A DNA stretch of 64,000 bases, from NCBI GenBank assembly GCA_963663545.1, contig OY760505.1, positions 1,824,001 to 1,888,000 of the forward strand, in the 5' to 3' direction. This DNA is from Candidatus Delongbacteria bacterium. Lineage in GTDB: Bacteria > CAIWAD01. Below are positions 1 through 9,887 of the stretch, piece after piece. The notes beneath the pieces were generated by a model that was given only the letters and a program-made list of their open reading frames with translations, searched no databases and was not told where the DNA came from. Positions within the stretch are counted from its first letter, which is position 1. Each line of letters starts with the position of its first letter. The translations under genes and the position numbers were made by a program.

Positions 1-1
1 C

Positions 2-205
2 GAGCTAATGCAAGGTGATGCCACAGAGACAGAGCCTCTTGTATCACACCTCAAATTGAGCATCCTGGACTTCGAGCAAGAGCGACTGCTCTCCATTCTG
101 CCGGGCATCATGGACTGGCAGCCGTCCGGTGGCATGCAAATGACCCTTGCCAACCGCAGCGTGGACATCATCGACTTGTGTCACGGCGAGCTACGCGAGT
201 ACTAG
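2..205 (+). CDS. 3' end of a hypothetical protein, truncated by the window edge
   Basis: Frame open from base 2 to TAG at 203-205; no recognisable motif. Confidence 0.35.
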   Translation, partial: ELMQGDATETEPLVSHLKLSILDFEQERLLSILPGIMDWQPSGGMQMTLANRSVDIIDLCHGELREY

Positions 206-403
206 CCAAGGCCGTCTATCCTGATCATCGAGCGTATCACGCTCAATCTTCTTGTTCCAACTACTTCGCTTTGGTACTGTAGCTGTGGACTTCAGCCTGC
301 ACTGCCGCGCGTAGAGAATTCCCGCCCAGATCATCAACGTCGCCACCGGCGGATCGCTCTCGCTGCAATCGCAGGTAACACTCATTCTGGAAAGGAGGCC
401 CCT

Positions 404-1123
404 ATGGCCGAAGAAGCAAAAGCTGGCTGCGCGCGCCCGACGGGCGGACCCGTAACCGGCGGCACGGACCCGACGGAACCCATTGCAGCGGAACAGAAAA
501 AGGAGAAAATGACGATGATTCAGGTAGGCATGCCAGCGCCCGATTTTGTCGCACCGGCGTATCACAGAGGCACATTCACCAACGTCAAGCTCTCAGACTT
601 CCTGGGAAAATGGGTAGTGCTCTGCTTCTATCCCGGCGACTTCACCTTTGTCTGAGCCACCGAAGTATCGGCGGTCGCCGATTCCTTTGATGCTTTCCAG
701 AAGCTTGGTGTTGAAGTCCTTTCCGTGAGCGTTGACAGCATGTTCGTCCACAAGATGTGGAACGATCATGAGCTGTCAAAGATGGTCGAGGGCGGCATTC
801 CCTTCCCGATGCTATCAGATGGCGGCGGCAAGGTGGGTACCGCTTTCGGCGTCTACGATCCCGATGCCGGTGTTGAAAATCGCGGTCGTTTCCTGATCGA
901 CCCCGACGGCATCATTCAGGGCTACGAAGTACTGACTCCGCCCGTTGGTCGCAATGTTTCCGAAACCATTCGTCAGGTACAGGCTTTCCAGCTTGTGCGC
1001 GAGAGCAAGGGCAGTCAGGCCACGCCTTCGGGCTGGAAGCCGGGCAAGCCCACGCTGAAGCCGGGCCCCGATCTGGTGGGTAGGGTCTGGGAAGCCTGGA
1101 AACCGGAGATGGCCAAAGAGTAA
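404..1123 (+). CDS. prxU: Selenocysteine-containing peroxiredoxin (AhpC/Prx1 family, PrxU type); TGA 653-655 read as Sec
   Basis: ORFs 404-655 and 725-1123 are in one frame, joined through a single [22 protein letters not shown] matches the Prx motif FYPxDFTFVCPTE with U at the peroxidatic Cys. Later [15 protein letters not shown] and GRNVSE motifs present. RBS AAAGGAGG before ATG 404. Confidence 0.93.
656..688 (+). promoter_or_regulatory. Bacterial SECIS-like hairpin directing Sec insertion
   Basis: Perfect stem ATCGGC (667-672), loop GGTC, GCCGAT (677-682), starting 11 nt after the TGA. Confidence 0.75.
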
Positions 1124-1143
1124 CACGGCCCCGTTTTTGTGTC

Positions 1144-1173
1144 ACGCCCACCGCACTCGTTGACGGTGGGCGT
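1144..1173 (+). terminator. Hairpin downstream of prxU
   Basis: ACGCCCACCG / CGGTGGGCGT 10-bp inverted repeat; weak U-tract. Confidence 0.5.
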
Positions 1174-1251
1174 CTTGCACCGTGAGTCGGGAACTTGCCA
1201 GCTTTCCGCTACAAAGGATCATCAGGCATCCCGCCCCAAGGAGAATCAGCA

Positions 1252-1773
1252 ATGAGACTACGCTGGAAATCATTCCTGCTTATGCTGCTGTGCGCTTGTC
1301 ACGCATTGGAGTATCCTTCCACAATAAGCCCGGTCCGCAGTTTCTCCCTTGAGCGCTATCTCGGCACGTGGTACGAAATCGCGCGTCTGGATCACTCCTT
1401 CGAGCGGGACCTACAACGCGTTAGTGCGAACTACTCTCTTCTCGACGACGGTGGTATACGAGTGCTCAATCGTGGTTACTCCACACGCAAAGATGCTTGG
1501 AAGGCAGCCACGGGAAAGGCCTACTTCGTCCGTGATACAGATGAGGGCTTCCTGAAAGTGTCGTTCTTTGGTCCGTTCTACGGCTCCTATGTGATCTTTG
1601 AACTTGACAGCGTCGCGTACCAGTACGCTTTTGTCAGCGGGCCAGACGAATCTTATCTGTGGTTCCTCTCGCGGACTCCCGATGTCTCGACCGAGCTGCG
1701 CGACCACTTCGTGCGACGGGCCGCTGAGTTAGGTTTTCCCGTCAGCGAGTTGATCTTCGTCGATCAGCAATAG
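1252..1773 (+). CDS. blc: Bacterial lipocalin (Blc family lipoprotein)
   Basis: RYLGTWYEIARLDHSFE and LKVSFFGPFYG motifs; signal peptide with Cys; GGAG RBS before ATG 1252. Confidence 0.88.
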   Translation: MRLRWKSFLLMLLCACHALEYPSTISPVRSFSLERYLGTWYEIARLDHSFERDLQRVSANYSLLDDGGIRVLNRGYSTRKDAWKAATGKAYFVRDTDEGFLKVSFFGPFYGSYVIFELDSVAYQYAFVSGPDESYLWFLSRTPDVSTELRDHFVRRAAELGFPVSELIFVDQQ

Positions 1774-1862
1774 CAGAATCAGCCCGGCGCCTGGTAGCAA
1801 TGCAGAAATCGTGGTGCAACCACGCTCGCTTGCTACCTTCCGGAAAACAGGAGGACAGGAAA

Positions 1863-3212
1863 ATGCAGCGAGACATCAACCGGCTCGCCTGCCTGCTGGG
1901 CGCGGGCATTCTAACGCTGGCCCCACTGGCGGGCGCAGAAGACACGAGCAGTATCACCGTCTACAGCGATGGCTTCGGTCTGGTGACCGAAACCCGCGAA
2001 ATGGCCTTTGAGAAAGGCACCCAGAGCGTGCTCTTTGACGGTGTATCACAGTACATCGAAGCCTCCTCGGTGCTCTTCCACGCCAAGGGTCTGAGTCTGC
2101 TGGAGCAGAACTACGAGTACGACCTGGTGGACGGCATGGCGCTGGCCCGGCGTTACCTAGGCGAGATGGTCGATGTGCGTTCCGGCGATGAGGAGCTCAT
2201 TCGCGGCCGTCTGCTCTCCGCCGATTACGAGCTGGTGCTGGACACCGGCGATGGCATCCTCAACCTGCGCGCCGATGCCGTGCGTTCGATTCAGTACCCG
2301 ACGCTTCCCGAAGGCCTGCGTATCAAGCCCGCGCTGCGCTGGCTGGTGAACGCGCCGCGAAGTGGATCACAGGAGGTCTCCATTAGCTACATCACCGGTG
2401 GACTGGGCTGGAACGCCGAGTACGTCTGTCTGGTGAACGAGGACGATAGCGCTATGGAGCTGGCCTCCTGGGTCAATCTGAACAACAACACGGGCATTAG
2501 TTGGCAAAACGCCACTCTGCAGCTGGTGGCTGGCGAAGTGAATCGAGTGCGCAATGAGCGCATGTCAAAGTCGGCGGGTCGCGGCATCGAATATATGGCC
2601 ATGGCCGATGCCAACGAGGGCTTCGAGGAAGAGTCCTTTTTCGAGTATCACCTCTACACCCTAGGCCGTCCCGTGGATCTGGCCAACCGCCAGGACAAGC
2701 AGGTAAGCCTCTTTCCACCGGTCGATGTATCACTGACCAAGCACTACACATGGAGCAGCAACCGCGGTCACGAGGGGGTTCAGGTCACACTGGAGTTCGT
2801 CAACAGCGAAGGCAAGGGCCCGGGCCAGCCGCTACCCGCAGGTCGCTTCCGCCTGTACAAGAAGGATTCCGCCGGGCGCCGCCAACTTATCGGCGAGGAC
2901 GCTATTGAGCACACGCCGGTGGACGAAGAGGTCGATCTGACCATCGGTCAGGCCTTCGATCTTGTGGTCGAACGCACAACGATGGACGAGAAGCGCAGTG
3001 GTCGCACTTACGAATACGCCGCCGAGTTCAAGGTGCGCAACCGCAAGAAAGAAGCCGTCACCATCGACCTGCAGGAGAACGTCTGGGGCGATTGGGAAGT
3101 GCTGTCCTGCAGCCAGGAGTACAGCAAGAAGGACGCGCGCACGCTGCTGATTCCCGTCCAGGTTCCTGCTGGCGAAGAGCGCACCGTCACTTTGCGCGCG
3201 CGCACACACTAG
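1863..3212 (+). CDS. Secreted DUF4139/DUF4140-family protein
   Basis: Signal peptide; ITVYSDGFGLVTETR, LLEQNYEYDL, SYITGGLGWNAEY, FEYHLYTL and PLPAGRFRLY motifs typical of the family. Confidence 0.8.
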   Translation: MQRDINRLACLLGAGILTLAPLAGAEDTSSITVYSDGFGLVTETREMAFEKGTQSVLFDGVSQYIEASSVLFHAKGLSLLEQNYEYDLVDGMALARRYLGEMVDVRSGDEELIRGRLLSADYELVLDTGDGILNLRADAVRSIQYPTLPEGLRIKPALRWLVNAPRSGSQEVSISYITGGLGWNAEYVCLVNEDDSAMELASWVNLNNNTGISWQNATLQLVAGEVNRVRNERMSKSAGRGIEYMAMADANEGFEEESFFEYHLYTLGRPVDLANRQDKQVSLFPPVDVSLTKHYTWSSNRGHEGVQVTLEFVNSEGKGPGQPLPAGRFRLYKKDSAGRRQLIGEDAIEHTPVDEEVDLTIGQAFDLVVERTTMDEKRSGRTYEYAAEFKVRNRKKEAVTIDLQENVWGDWEVLSCSQEYSKKDARTLLIPVQVPAGEERTVTLRARTH

Positions 3213-3336
3213 CGTTTGCGAGATGTATCACGGGGACCTGCGGGTCCCCATTTTCATTCGTGACACTTCCCCTTTGCTCCATCCCCTACGATTCTACGAT
3301 CTTGAAGCATACAGCGATCAAATACAGGGAGTCCCC

Positions 3337-4827
3337 ATGCGCTTCACATTTCTCTTTCTGCTTCTGCTCTGCCAGCTGGCACAGGCTGAGCTGGTCTCGC
3401 GGCGTATTACCATGTATGCCGATGGCGTGGGGCTCGTTGAAGAAAGCCATCGCTTTCGCCTGCAGGAAGGCATCAACTATCTGGCGATTGAGAATCTACT
3501 AGCGGACATGATGCCTTTCACGCTGAGTCTGACGCCCGACGTGGGGCGAATTGTAGAGCTGGAGACCCGCAAGCCAGCGCGCCGACCAACGGATCTGCTA
3601 CTGGAGGCCGAGGGCCAACACGTCGAGCTGACTTGCCAAAGCGGACGCAGCTATTGCGGTCTGATTAAGACGGTGAATCTACTGCAGGGCGATCTCGGCC
3701 CGCGCCAGTCCTGGGAGCTGCTGAATGCCATCCCCAGGGGCAACCTGCTGCTGATTCAGGACGATGGCTCTCGCATCATCCTGGATCTGGAGTCCGTTAG
3801 CGCTGTCAGCCTGCCCGAACCGATGGATCCGGTGGAGAGCGCACGCTGTGATTTCCGCTGGTACTCCTCCTCCCGTCAGCGCGGTGAGTTGAAGCTGGAG
3901 TACTTCATTCCGGACCTGTTCAGCGTGGTGGAATGCAAGGGCGAGCTGGATGAGTATTTCAAGGTAAAGCGGAAGTCGCTCCATGCAGAAGCATTACTCT
4001 GGAACTACTCCGCAAGCGAGCTGAAAGATTGCGAGCTCTATCTTTCCAGCAAGATCTCGTCCCTCAGATTCGGCCCCCGCTGGTTCGAGCTGAATCAGCC
4101 GCAGCGCCGCATGGCAACTCGGCGCGTTCCCCCGTACGAGCTCTCCGAGAGCTATCGGCAGGGAAGGGTAACTTCTGACAGCGATCTTGAAGATCCAGTG
4201 TTCATCGGCGAAGTGAACCTGGCAGCCGGTGGCTATCTGGCTCTGCCGCTCAAGCTCACAACAGATGGTATCAACGCTGCCTGTGCGCACCGTACGGTGA
4301 GCCCGTCACCCGAGGCGCAAAAGCTGAACTGCGAGCTGGTGCTTTGCATGACGACGCAAAATCCGGAGGAGCTGGCCAACTGGCCTTCCGGCTTCCTGAT
4401 CCTGGAGTACCAGCGCATGGGCGGCGACCACCACCGCTATCATAGCGGGCTGGTTTCCTTCGCTCCCGCAGCCACGAACTGGATCAGCATGGGCCGCGAC
4501 CCGGAAGTGAGCTACACACGCACAATCGCAACGCTGACACGCCCGGGAGAGAGTGCGGATTCACTGAGGCACGTCGTGTGGGAGTACACCCTCAGCAATT
4601 CCCTTGATCGTATCGCAAAAGTCTACATCCACGAAGAGTCCGGCGCGAGGAATGAAGTGGAGATCGTTCGCGGAAGCCATCGCTGGAAGCAGAAAGAGAA
4701 CGGCTATGTAATGGAGGTGGACCTACCGGCGGGTGAAACGGTCGAAGCCAGCTGGGAATGGCAAGCCCCAAGAGTACCCCAGTCGGTGCAGGGAATGCGA
4801 CACCCTGACTACATGCCCAGATATTGA
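3337..4827 (+). CDS. Divergent DUF4139-like secreted protein
   Basis: Signal peptide MRFTFLFLLLLCQLAQA; ITMYADGVGLVEE N-terminus and VDLPAGETVEA C-terminus parallel the upstream gene. Confidence 0.6.
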   Translation: MRFTFLFLLLLCQLAQAELVSRRITMYADGVGLVEESHRFRLQEGINYLAIENLLADMMPFTLSLTPDVGRIVELETRKPARRPTDLLLEAEGQHVELTCQSGRSYCGLIKTVNLLQGDLGPRQSWELLNAIPRGNLLLIQDDGSRIILDLESVSAVSLPEPMDPVESARCDFRWYSSSRQRGELKLEYFIPDLFSVVECKGELDEYFKVKRKSLHAEALLWNYSASELKDCELYLSSKISSLRFGPRWFELNQPQRRMATRRVPPYELSESYRQGRVTSDSDLEDPVFIGEVNLAAGGYLALPLKLTTDGINAACAHRTVSPSPEAQKLNCELVLCMTTQNPEELANWPSGFLILEYQRMGGDHHRYHSGLVSFAPAATNWISMGRDPEVSYTRTIATLTRPGESADSLRHVVWEYTLSNSLDRIAKVYIHEESGARNEVEIVRGSHRWKQKENGYVMEVDLPAGETVEASWEWQAPRVPQSVQGMRHPDYMPRY

Positions 4828-4836
4828 AGCAACGCC

Positions 4837-4858
4837 AAAAGGCCCCGAAGGGCTTATC
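4837..4858. terminator. Probable bidirectional terminator
   Basis: AAAA-GGCCC-CGAA-GGGCTT between convergent ORFs. Confidence 0.5.
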
Positions 4859-4916
4859 TCTCGTACTGATGTCGTGGCAGTCGGTTGGGGGGAGGGAATC
4901 GGGCACCAGTGAGGAA

Positions 4917-5069
4917 CTATTCCTCGTCGTCCGTATCTGTTTCGCGCGCATAGCGGCCGCCATTGGCCAATACGCGTTCCAGCAGATCCTCGACCCCCCT
5001 CCGGATCTCGGCCACCTTCTCTTCGCCAAGCAAGCTGACGACTTCGTTAGAGTAAATGCTAGCGGACAT
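4917..5069 (-). CDS. Small hypothetical protein (50 aa), below the ORF-track cutoff
   Basis: MSASIYSNEVVSLLGEEKVAEIRRGVEDLLERVLANGGRYARETDTDDEE*; purine-rich GGGAAAGAG before ATG; fills the gap divergent from recG. Confidence 0.5.
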   Translation of the reverse strand: MSASIYSNEVVSLLGEEKVAEIRRGVEDLLERVLANGGRYARETDTDDEE

Positions 5070-5241
5070 TGCTCTTTCCCGCGGGATCGTTCCCGCTTCC
5101 TACCGTATCTTGTTGTCCAGGGCTCGTTTGATTTTGCGAGCCCCATACTACCGCCTTCTTATCGTAGATGCAAGTATGGAGATTGAGTGTGCAAACTTTT
5201 TCACAACAGGTCTATCAATACTATAGAGTCAGGGCTTCTGC

Positions 5242-7380
5242 ATGACTCCTGCCTGGTGGGAACAGCTGCAACAAACACTCGTCTACGTTCGCGGAGTGGG
5301 TCCGCGCAAAGCTGAAGTACTAGCAAAGCATGGCCTGAACACCATTTTCGACCTCCTGGAATACTTCCCCCGGCGCTACCTCGACCGCACCAGTGTCACG
5401 CGTGTCTCAGAAATTGAGGCGGGTAAAGAAATCACCATCGTCGGTCGTGTATTACGCGCACGTACCCTGGGCTACGGGCGCTTCAAGAAGCGTTTTGAGG
5501 CCGTGTTACACGACGGCAGCGGACAAATCAGCCTGGTCTGGTTCAACCGCGTCAACTGGGTGAGTCACTTCTTGCATGAGGGCGAAGTGATTGCCGCCAG
5601 CGGAAAGCCCAGCGAATACCGCGGCTGGCAGCTCCAGCATCCGGCGGTGGAAAAGCTCAGCCTGGAAGGCGAGGGCGAACTGGACGAGAACAGCTTTCTC
5701 GACCTGCCCGATGACTACGAATACTCCGGCCAGATCGTGCCCATCTACCCCGGAACGGAGGAGCTGCGCAAGGCCTGGCTGGACAGCCGTGCCTTTAAAC
5801 GCATCGTGCGCAATGTCTACAGTCGCGAGAGCATTGAGCCCGAGGAGATGCTACCGGCGGAGATTCGCGCCCGCCACCAGCTGGTCGGCTTCTCCACTGC
5901 GCTGCACGACGTCCACCTGGGCGAGAGCCTGGAGGCCGTGCATCACGCGCGTCGCCGCCTGAAGTTTCAGGAACTCTTCATGCTACAACTGATGCTCGCC
6001 TATCGCCGGGCGCACATCAAGCAGGAAGAAGAGGGCATCTCCTTTGAGCAACCCAGTCCGCTGCTGGACCAGCTACTAGCGGAATTGCCTTTTACGCTGA
6101 CCACGGCACAGCGGCGCGTCATCGATGAGATTCTGGCAGATATGCGTGAGCCGCGCCCGATGAATCGCCTGCTGCAGGGCGACGTGGGCAGCGGTAAAAC
6201 CCTGGTGGCGCTGGCGGCCATGCTGGTGGCCGTCGACAACGGCTATCAAGCGGCACTGATGGCGCCCACCGAGATCCTGGCCGAGCAGCATTTCCGCAGC
6301 ACCACGAAAATGCTTGGCGAGCTGGGGCCGCGTGTCACATTGCTCACCGGATCGCGCAAAGGCGAGTTGCGACGCAAGGCGCTGGCAGAAATCGCCAGTG
6401 GGCAGGCGGCCATCGTCCTGGGCACGCACGCGCTCTTTCAGGAAGCCGTGGAGTTCGCCAACCTGGGTCTGGTGATCATTGATGAACAGCACCGTTTTGG
6501 TGTGGAGCAGCGCGCCACTCTGCGCCGCAAGGGAAAACAGCTCGACACACTGGTAATGACGGCCACACCCATTCCGCGCACCATGGCCATTACCGCCTAC
6601 GGCGATATGGACCTTTCGCTGCTGGACCAAATGCCCCCGGGCCGCCTGCCGGTGACGACCGCCTGGCGTGGCGAAAGCAAGCGTAAGGAGATCTTCGCCT
6701 TCGTTCGCGAGCGTGTGTTACAACACGATGAGCAAGCCTATATCGTTTACCCGCTGGTGGAAGAATCCGAGAAGTTGGATCTGCGTGCAGCGGAGGAAGC
6801 CTTTGAAGAGCTCAAGGGCGAGTGGCTTGCCGATTGTCGCCTTGGCCTTTTACATGGCCGCATGAAGGCGACCGAGAAAGACGCCGTGATGCGCGACTTC
6901 CTCAAGGGCGATGTGCAAGTTCTGGTGTCTACAACCGTCATTGAAGTGGGCGTGGACAACCCGCGCGCTACAATCATGGTCGTCGAACAAGCAGAACGCT
7001 TCGGGCTTTCGCAGCTGCATCAGCTACGCGGACGCGTTGGACGCGGCGGTGGAAAATCCTGGTGCGTGCTGGTGGCAGGCAAGGCGCTCAGCCAGGAAGG
7101 ACACGAGCGTTTGACGACGATGGCCAAGACCAGCAATGGATTCGAGATCTCCGAAGTGGACATGCGCATGCGAGGCGTGGGCGATTTCTTCGGCACCCGC
7201 CAGAGCGGTTTGCCCGAACTCAAAATTGCCGACATCATCAACGATCAGGATCTGCTGCTCTTGGCACGCCACGAAGCCTTTGAGCTGGTAGCACGCGATC
7301 ATCAGCTACGCCTCTACCCTGCGTTGCGCGACTATCTGCACCTGCGTCATCACGAGCAAATGCTCAGGATTGAAGACTGA
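5242..7380 (+). CDS. recG: ATP-dependent DNA helicase RecG
   Basis: GVGPRK wedge N-terminus, LQGDVGSGKT, DEQHRFG, MTATPIPRT, QLHQLRGRVGRG, TRQSG. Confidence 0.97.
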   Translation: MTPAWWEQLQQTLVYVRGVGPRKAEVLAKHGLNTIFDLLEYFPRRYLDRTSVTRVSEIEAGKEITIVGRVLRARTLGYGRFKKRFEAVLHDGSGQISLVWFNRVNWVSHFLHEGEVIAASGKPSEYRGWQLQHPAVEKLSLEGEGELDENSFLDLPDDYEYSGQIVPIYPGTEELRKAWLDSRAFKRIVRNVYSRESIEPEEMLPAEIRARHQLVGFSTALHDVHLGESLEAVHHARRRLKFQELFMLQLMLAYRRAHIKQEEEGISFEQPSPLLDQLLAELPFTLTTAQRRVIDEILADMREPRPMNRLLQGDVGSGKTLVALAAMLVAVDNGYQAALMAPTEILAEQHFRSTTKMLGELGPRVTLLTGSRKGELRRKALAEIASGQAAIVLGTHALFQEAVEFANLGLVIIDEQHRFGVEQRATLRRKGKQLDTLVMTATPIPRTMAITAYGDMDLSLLDQMPPGRLPVTTAWRGESKRKEIFAFVRERVLQHDEQAYIVYPLVEESEKLDLRAAEEAFEELKGEWLADCRLGLLHGRMKATEKDAVMRDFLKGDVQVLVSTTVIEVGVDNPRATIMVVEQAERFGLSQLHQLRGRVGRGGGKSWCVLVAGKALSQEGHERLTTMAKTSNGFEISEVDMRMRGVGDFFGTRQSGLPELKIADIINDQDLLLLARHEAFELVARDHQLRLYPALRDYLHLRHHEQMLRIED

Positions 7381-9887
7381 TGGTGCGTATCACAATATCC
7401 TGGCCCGTTGTGGCTGTCATTCTTCCGCTTCCTGTTGAGGGTTCATGGAGCTACCGCGTTCCCGAGGAATTTCGTGCGCAACTTCGAGCTGGTTCGCGCG
7501 TTCTTGTGCCCTTTGGTCGCAGGCAGCTAGTGGGCTACGTCAAAGGTCCGGGTGATACACCCGCTGGCACGAAGCTCAAATCTGTGCTGGACCTGCTCGA
7601 CCCGGAACCGCTGTTGGACGAGGACATGCTCCGCTTCTGCGGCCAACTGGCAAACTACTACGCCTGCTCTACAGGCGAAGTGTTGCGCGCCGCGCTTCCG
7701 CCAGGAATCAATGGCAGCGCACGCTGTTACTTCAGTCAGCAGGAAGACACTCTACTCAGGCGTCCCATTCGTATCACACCGCGACGCAAACGAATCCTTC
7801 AACTTGTTGCAGAACGCGGAAATTTGTCGCTGGCCTATTTGACGGAAGAGCTGGGTGCAGGTCTGCAGCAGGACTTGAACGAGCTGGTCAGCGCCGGCTT
7901 TCTGCACCGCGAAGAGCGTGTTGAAGACAGTCGCCGCCAAGCGCCCATGCGTCGAGTGCTGGTACCCAATCTTCGCGAGGGTGAAGAACGCGACAAGCTG
8001 CTCAAGGTCAAGGAACGCCGTGCACCTCGACAAGCGGACCTGCTGCACGAGCTACTGAAGCGTAGCGCCGGACGTCTGGATCGTGCAGATGCAACAGGGC
8101 TTGGGTTTTCTTCTTCTGTAATACGCGGCCTTTTGGACGATGGTGTTGTGACACAGGAGCTGGAGCCGGACCTGGCCGAGGACGAGTACGATCAGGACCA
8201 CAGCGTGTTACAGCTGCAATTGACGCCACAACAGCAGGCGGTAGTCGAACGCGTGTCAGCCAAGCTGATGCCCCACGATCGCAAAAGCGCCAACAGCGGT
8301 GAATCCTACACGGCCTTTTTGCTGCACGGTGTCACTGGCAGCGGTAAAACGCAGGTGTACCTGGAACTGGCGCGTCGTGCTCTGCACATGGGGCGAGGTG
8401 TGCTGGTGCTCGTCCCCGAGATTGCGCTGACGCCGCAAATTGTAGCACGCTTTCGCAGCTACCTTGGCAATCAGGTAGCCGTGATACATAGCCGCATGAC
8501 CCCCGCTCGGCGTTTTGCCATCTGGCAGGCACTCCGCGAGAATCGACTGCGCGTCGTGGTGGGAGCTCGCAGTGCGCTGTTTGCGCCCATTCGCAACCTG
8601 GGACTGATTGTGGTCGACGAGGAGCACGAGACCAGCTTCAAGCAGTACGACCCCGCTCCCAGATATCACGCTCGCGATGCGGCTGTGTTACGCGCACGTG
8701 ACCTTGGTATTCCGGTACTACTGGGAAGCGCGACGCCTTCGCTGGAATCCTGGTACAACGCCCAGCAGGGGCGCTACACGCTATTGGAGCTTCCCGAACG
8801 CGTGATGCAACGCCCGCTTCCCAGCGTCGAACTGCTTGACCTGCGCAAATTCTACGACAGCCTACGCGGCAAAGGTGATACAGTGCGCGCCTTCAGTGAT
8901 CCGCTTATCGAGGCGCTGCTGCAGGTCAAGGAGCGGGGCGAGCAAGCCATTATTCTGCAGAACCGTCGCGGCCATTCCACCTGGCTGCAATGCGAGAAGT
9001 GTGGCGAAGCCTTGCGCTGTATTCGCTGTGATGTATCACTGGTCTGGCATCGCAGCGATCGCAGGGCCCACTGCCACCTTTGTGGTCTCAGCCTGCCGCG
9101 CCCTGAGAAATGCCCAGCCTGCGGAGGTGAAATTGCCTTTCTGGGTCATGGCACGCAGAAGGTTGAAGAAGAGCTGACCGAAGTGTTGCCCGATGCCAGG
9201 TTGTTGCGCATGGATCGTGATACAACCGGTGAGCGCGGCGCCTATGTGCGCATGGTGCGTGAGTTCAACGAAGGGCAGTACGATATTTTGCTGGGCACAC
9301 AGAGTGTGGCCAAAGGACTGGACTTTTCCCGTGTCACACTGGTGGGCGTAATCAATGCCGATACCGAACTCAACCTACCCGACTTTCGCGCACACGAGTG
9401 GGCCTTTCAGCTCATCAGCCAAGTGGCGGGACGAGCCGGACGCGGTGACACACCGGGCAAGGTGATTGTGCAAACGGCCAATCCGGATTCGCCGCCACTG
9501 ACGCTTGCCGCCGCCCACGACTACCGCGCTTTTGCAGATGGCGAACTTGTAGCACGCCGTCACGCAGGGTATCCGCCCTTTGTGCGCCTGGCACGTCTCG
9601 TGCTTCGTTCCGTGAAAGAGGAAGAAGCCGCCCAGGCTGCCTTGCGCTTACAACATGCAGCCGAGGATCAGGGCAGCGTGCTGGTAATGAAAGCCGGGCC
9701 CGCCCCGGTCCAGTTTGTGCGCCGCGAGTATCGTCACCACCTGATTCTTAAAAGCCCGCGCAAAAGCGATCCAGCCGGACGCGCTCTACGCACCTGTTTG
9801 CGTCATTTGCGCCAGGTATTCGAGCGTGACTGCAAACGCACCGGCTTGAGCCTGTACATCGATGTCGATCCACAGGGGCTGATGTGA
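7380..9887 (+). CDS. priA: Primosomal protein N' (replication restart helicase)
   Basis: RVLVPFG, GVTGSGKT, DEEHE, SATPSLES, four CxxC pairs, QVAGRAGR; overlaps recG stop. Confidence 0.97.
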   Translation: MVRITISWPVVAVILPLPVEGSWSYRVPEEFRAQLRAGSRVLVPFGRRQLVGYVKGPGDTPAGTKLKSVLDLLDPEPLLDEDMLRFCGQLANYYACSTGEVLRAALPPGINGSARCYFSQQEDTLLRRPIRITPRRKRILQLVAERGNLSLAYLTEELGAGLQQDLNELVSAGFLHREERVEDSRRQAPMRRVLVPNLREGEERDKLLKVKERRAPRQADLLHELLKRSAGRLDRADATGLGFSSSVIRGLLDDGVVTQELEPDLAEDEYDQDHSVLQLQLTPQQQAVVERVSAKLMPHDRKSANSGESYTAFLLHGVTGSGKTQVYLELARRALHMGRGVLVLVPEIALTPQIVARFRSYLGNQVAVIHSRMTPARRFAIWQALRENRLRVVVGARSALFAPIRNLGLIVVDEEHETSFKQYDPAPRYHARDAAVLRARDLGIPVLLGSATPSLESWYNAQQGRYTLLELPERVMQRPLPSVELLDLRKFYDSLRGKGDTVRAFSDPLIEALLQVKERGEQAIILQNRRGHSTWLQCEKCGEALRCIRCDVSLVWHRSDRRAHCHLCGLSLPRPEKCPACGGEIAFLGHGTQKVEEELTEVLPDARLLRMDRDTTGERGAYVRMVREFNEGQYDILLGTQSVAKGLDFSRVTLVGVINADTELNLPDFRAHEWAFQLISQVAGRAGRGDTPGKVIVQTANPDSPPLTLAAAHDYRAFADGELVARRHAGYPPFVRLARLVLRSVKEEEAAQAALRLQHAAEDQGSVLVMKAGPAPVQFVRREYRHHLILKSPRKSDPAGRALRTCLRHLRQVFERDCKRTGLSLYIDVDPQGLM

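Noticed and set aside
2..403. Read-through of TAG 203-205 fusing the edge ORF to prxU (same frame, open 206-403)
   Set aside because: prxU has its own strong RBS, the intervening peptide looks non-coding, and 66 open codons are unremarkable at this GC content.
404..1123. Peroxiredoxin pseudogene or two separate genes
   Set aside because: The single TGA is at the catalytic Cys position, both halves are in frame and intact, and a SECIS-like hairpin follows.
4592..5186. ORFs 4824-5186 (+) and 4592-5146 (-)
   Set aside because: No RBS or motifs, they run across a terminator hairpin, and the 50-aa minus-strand ORF fits better.
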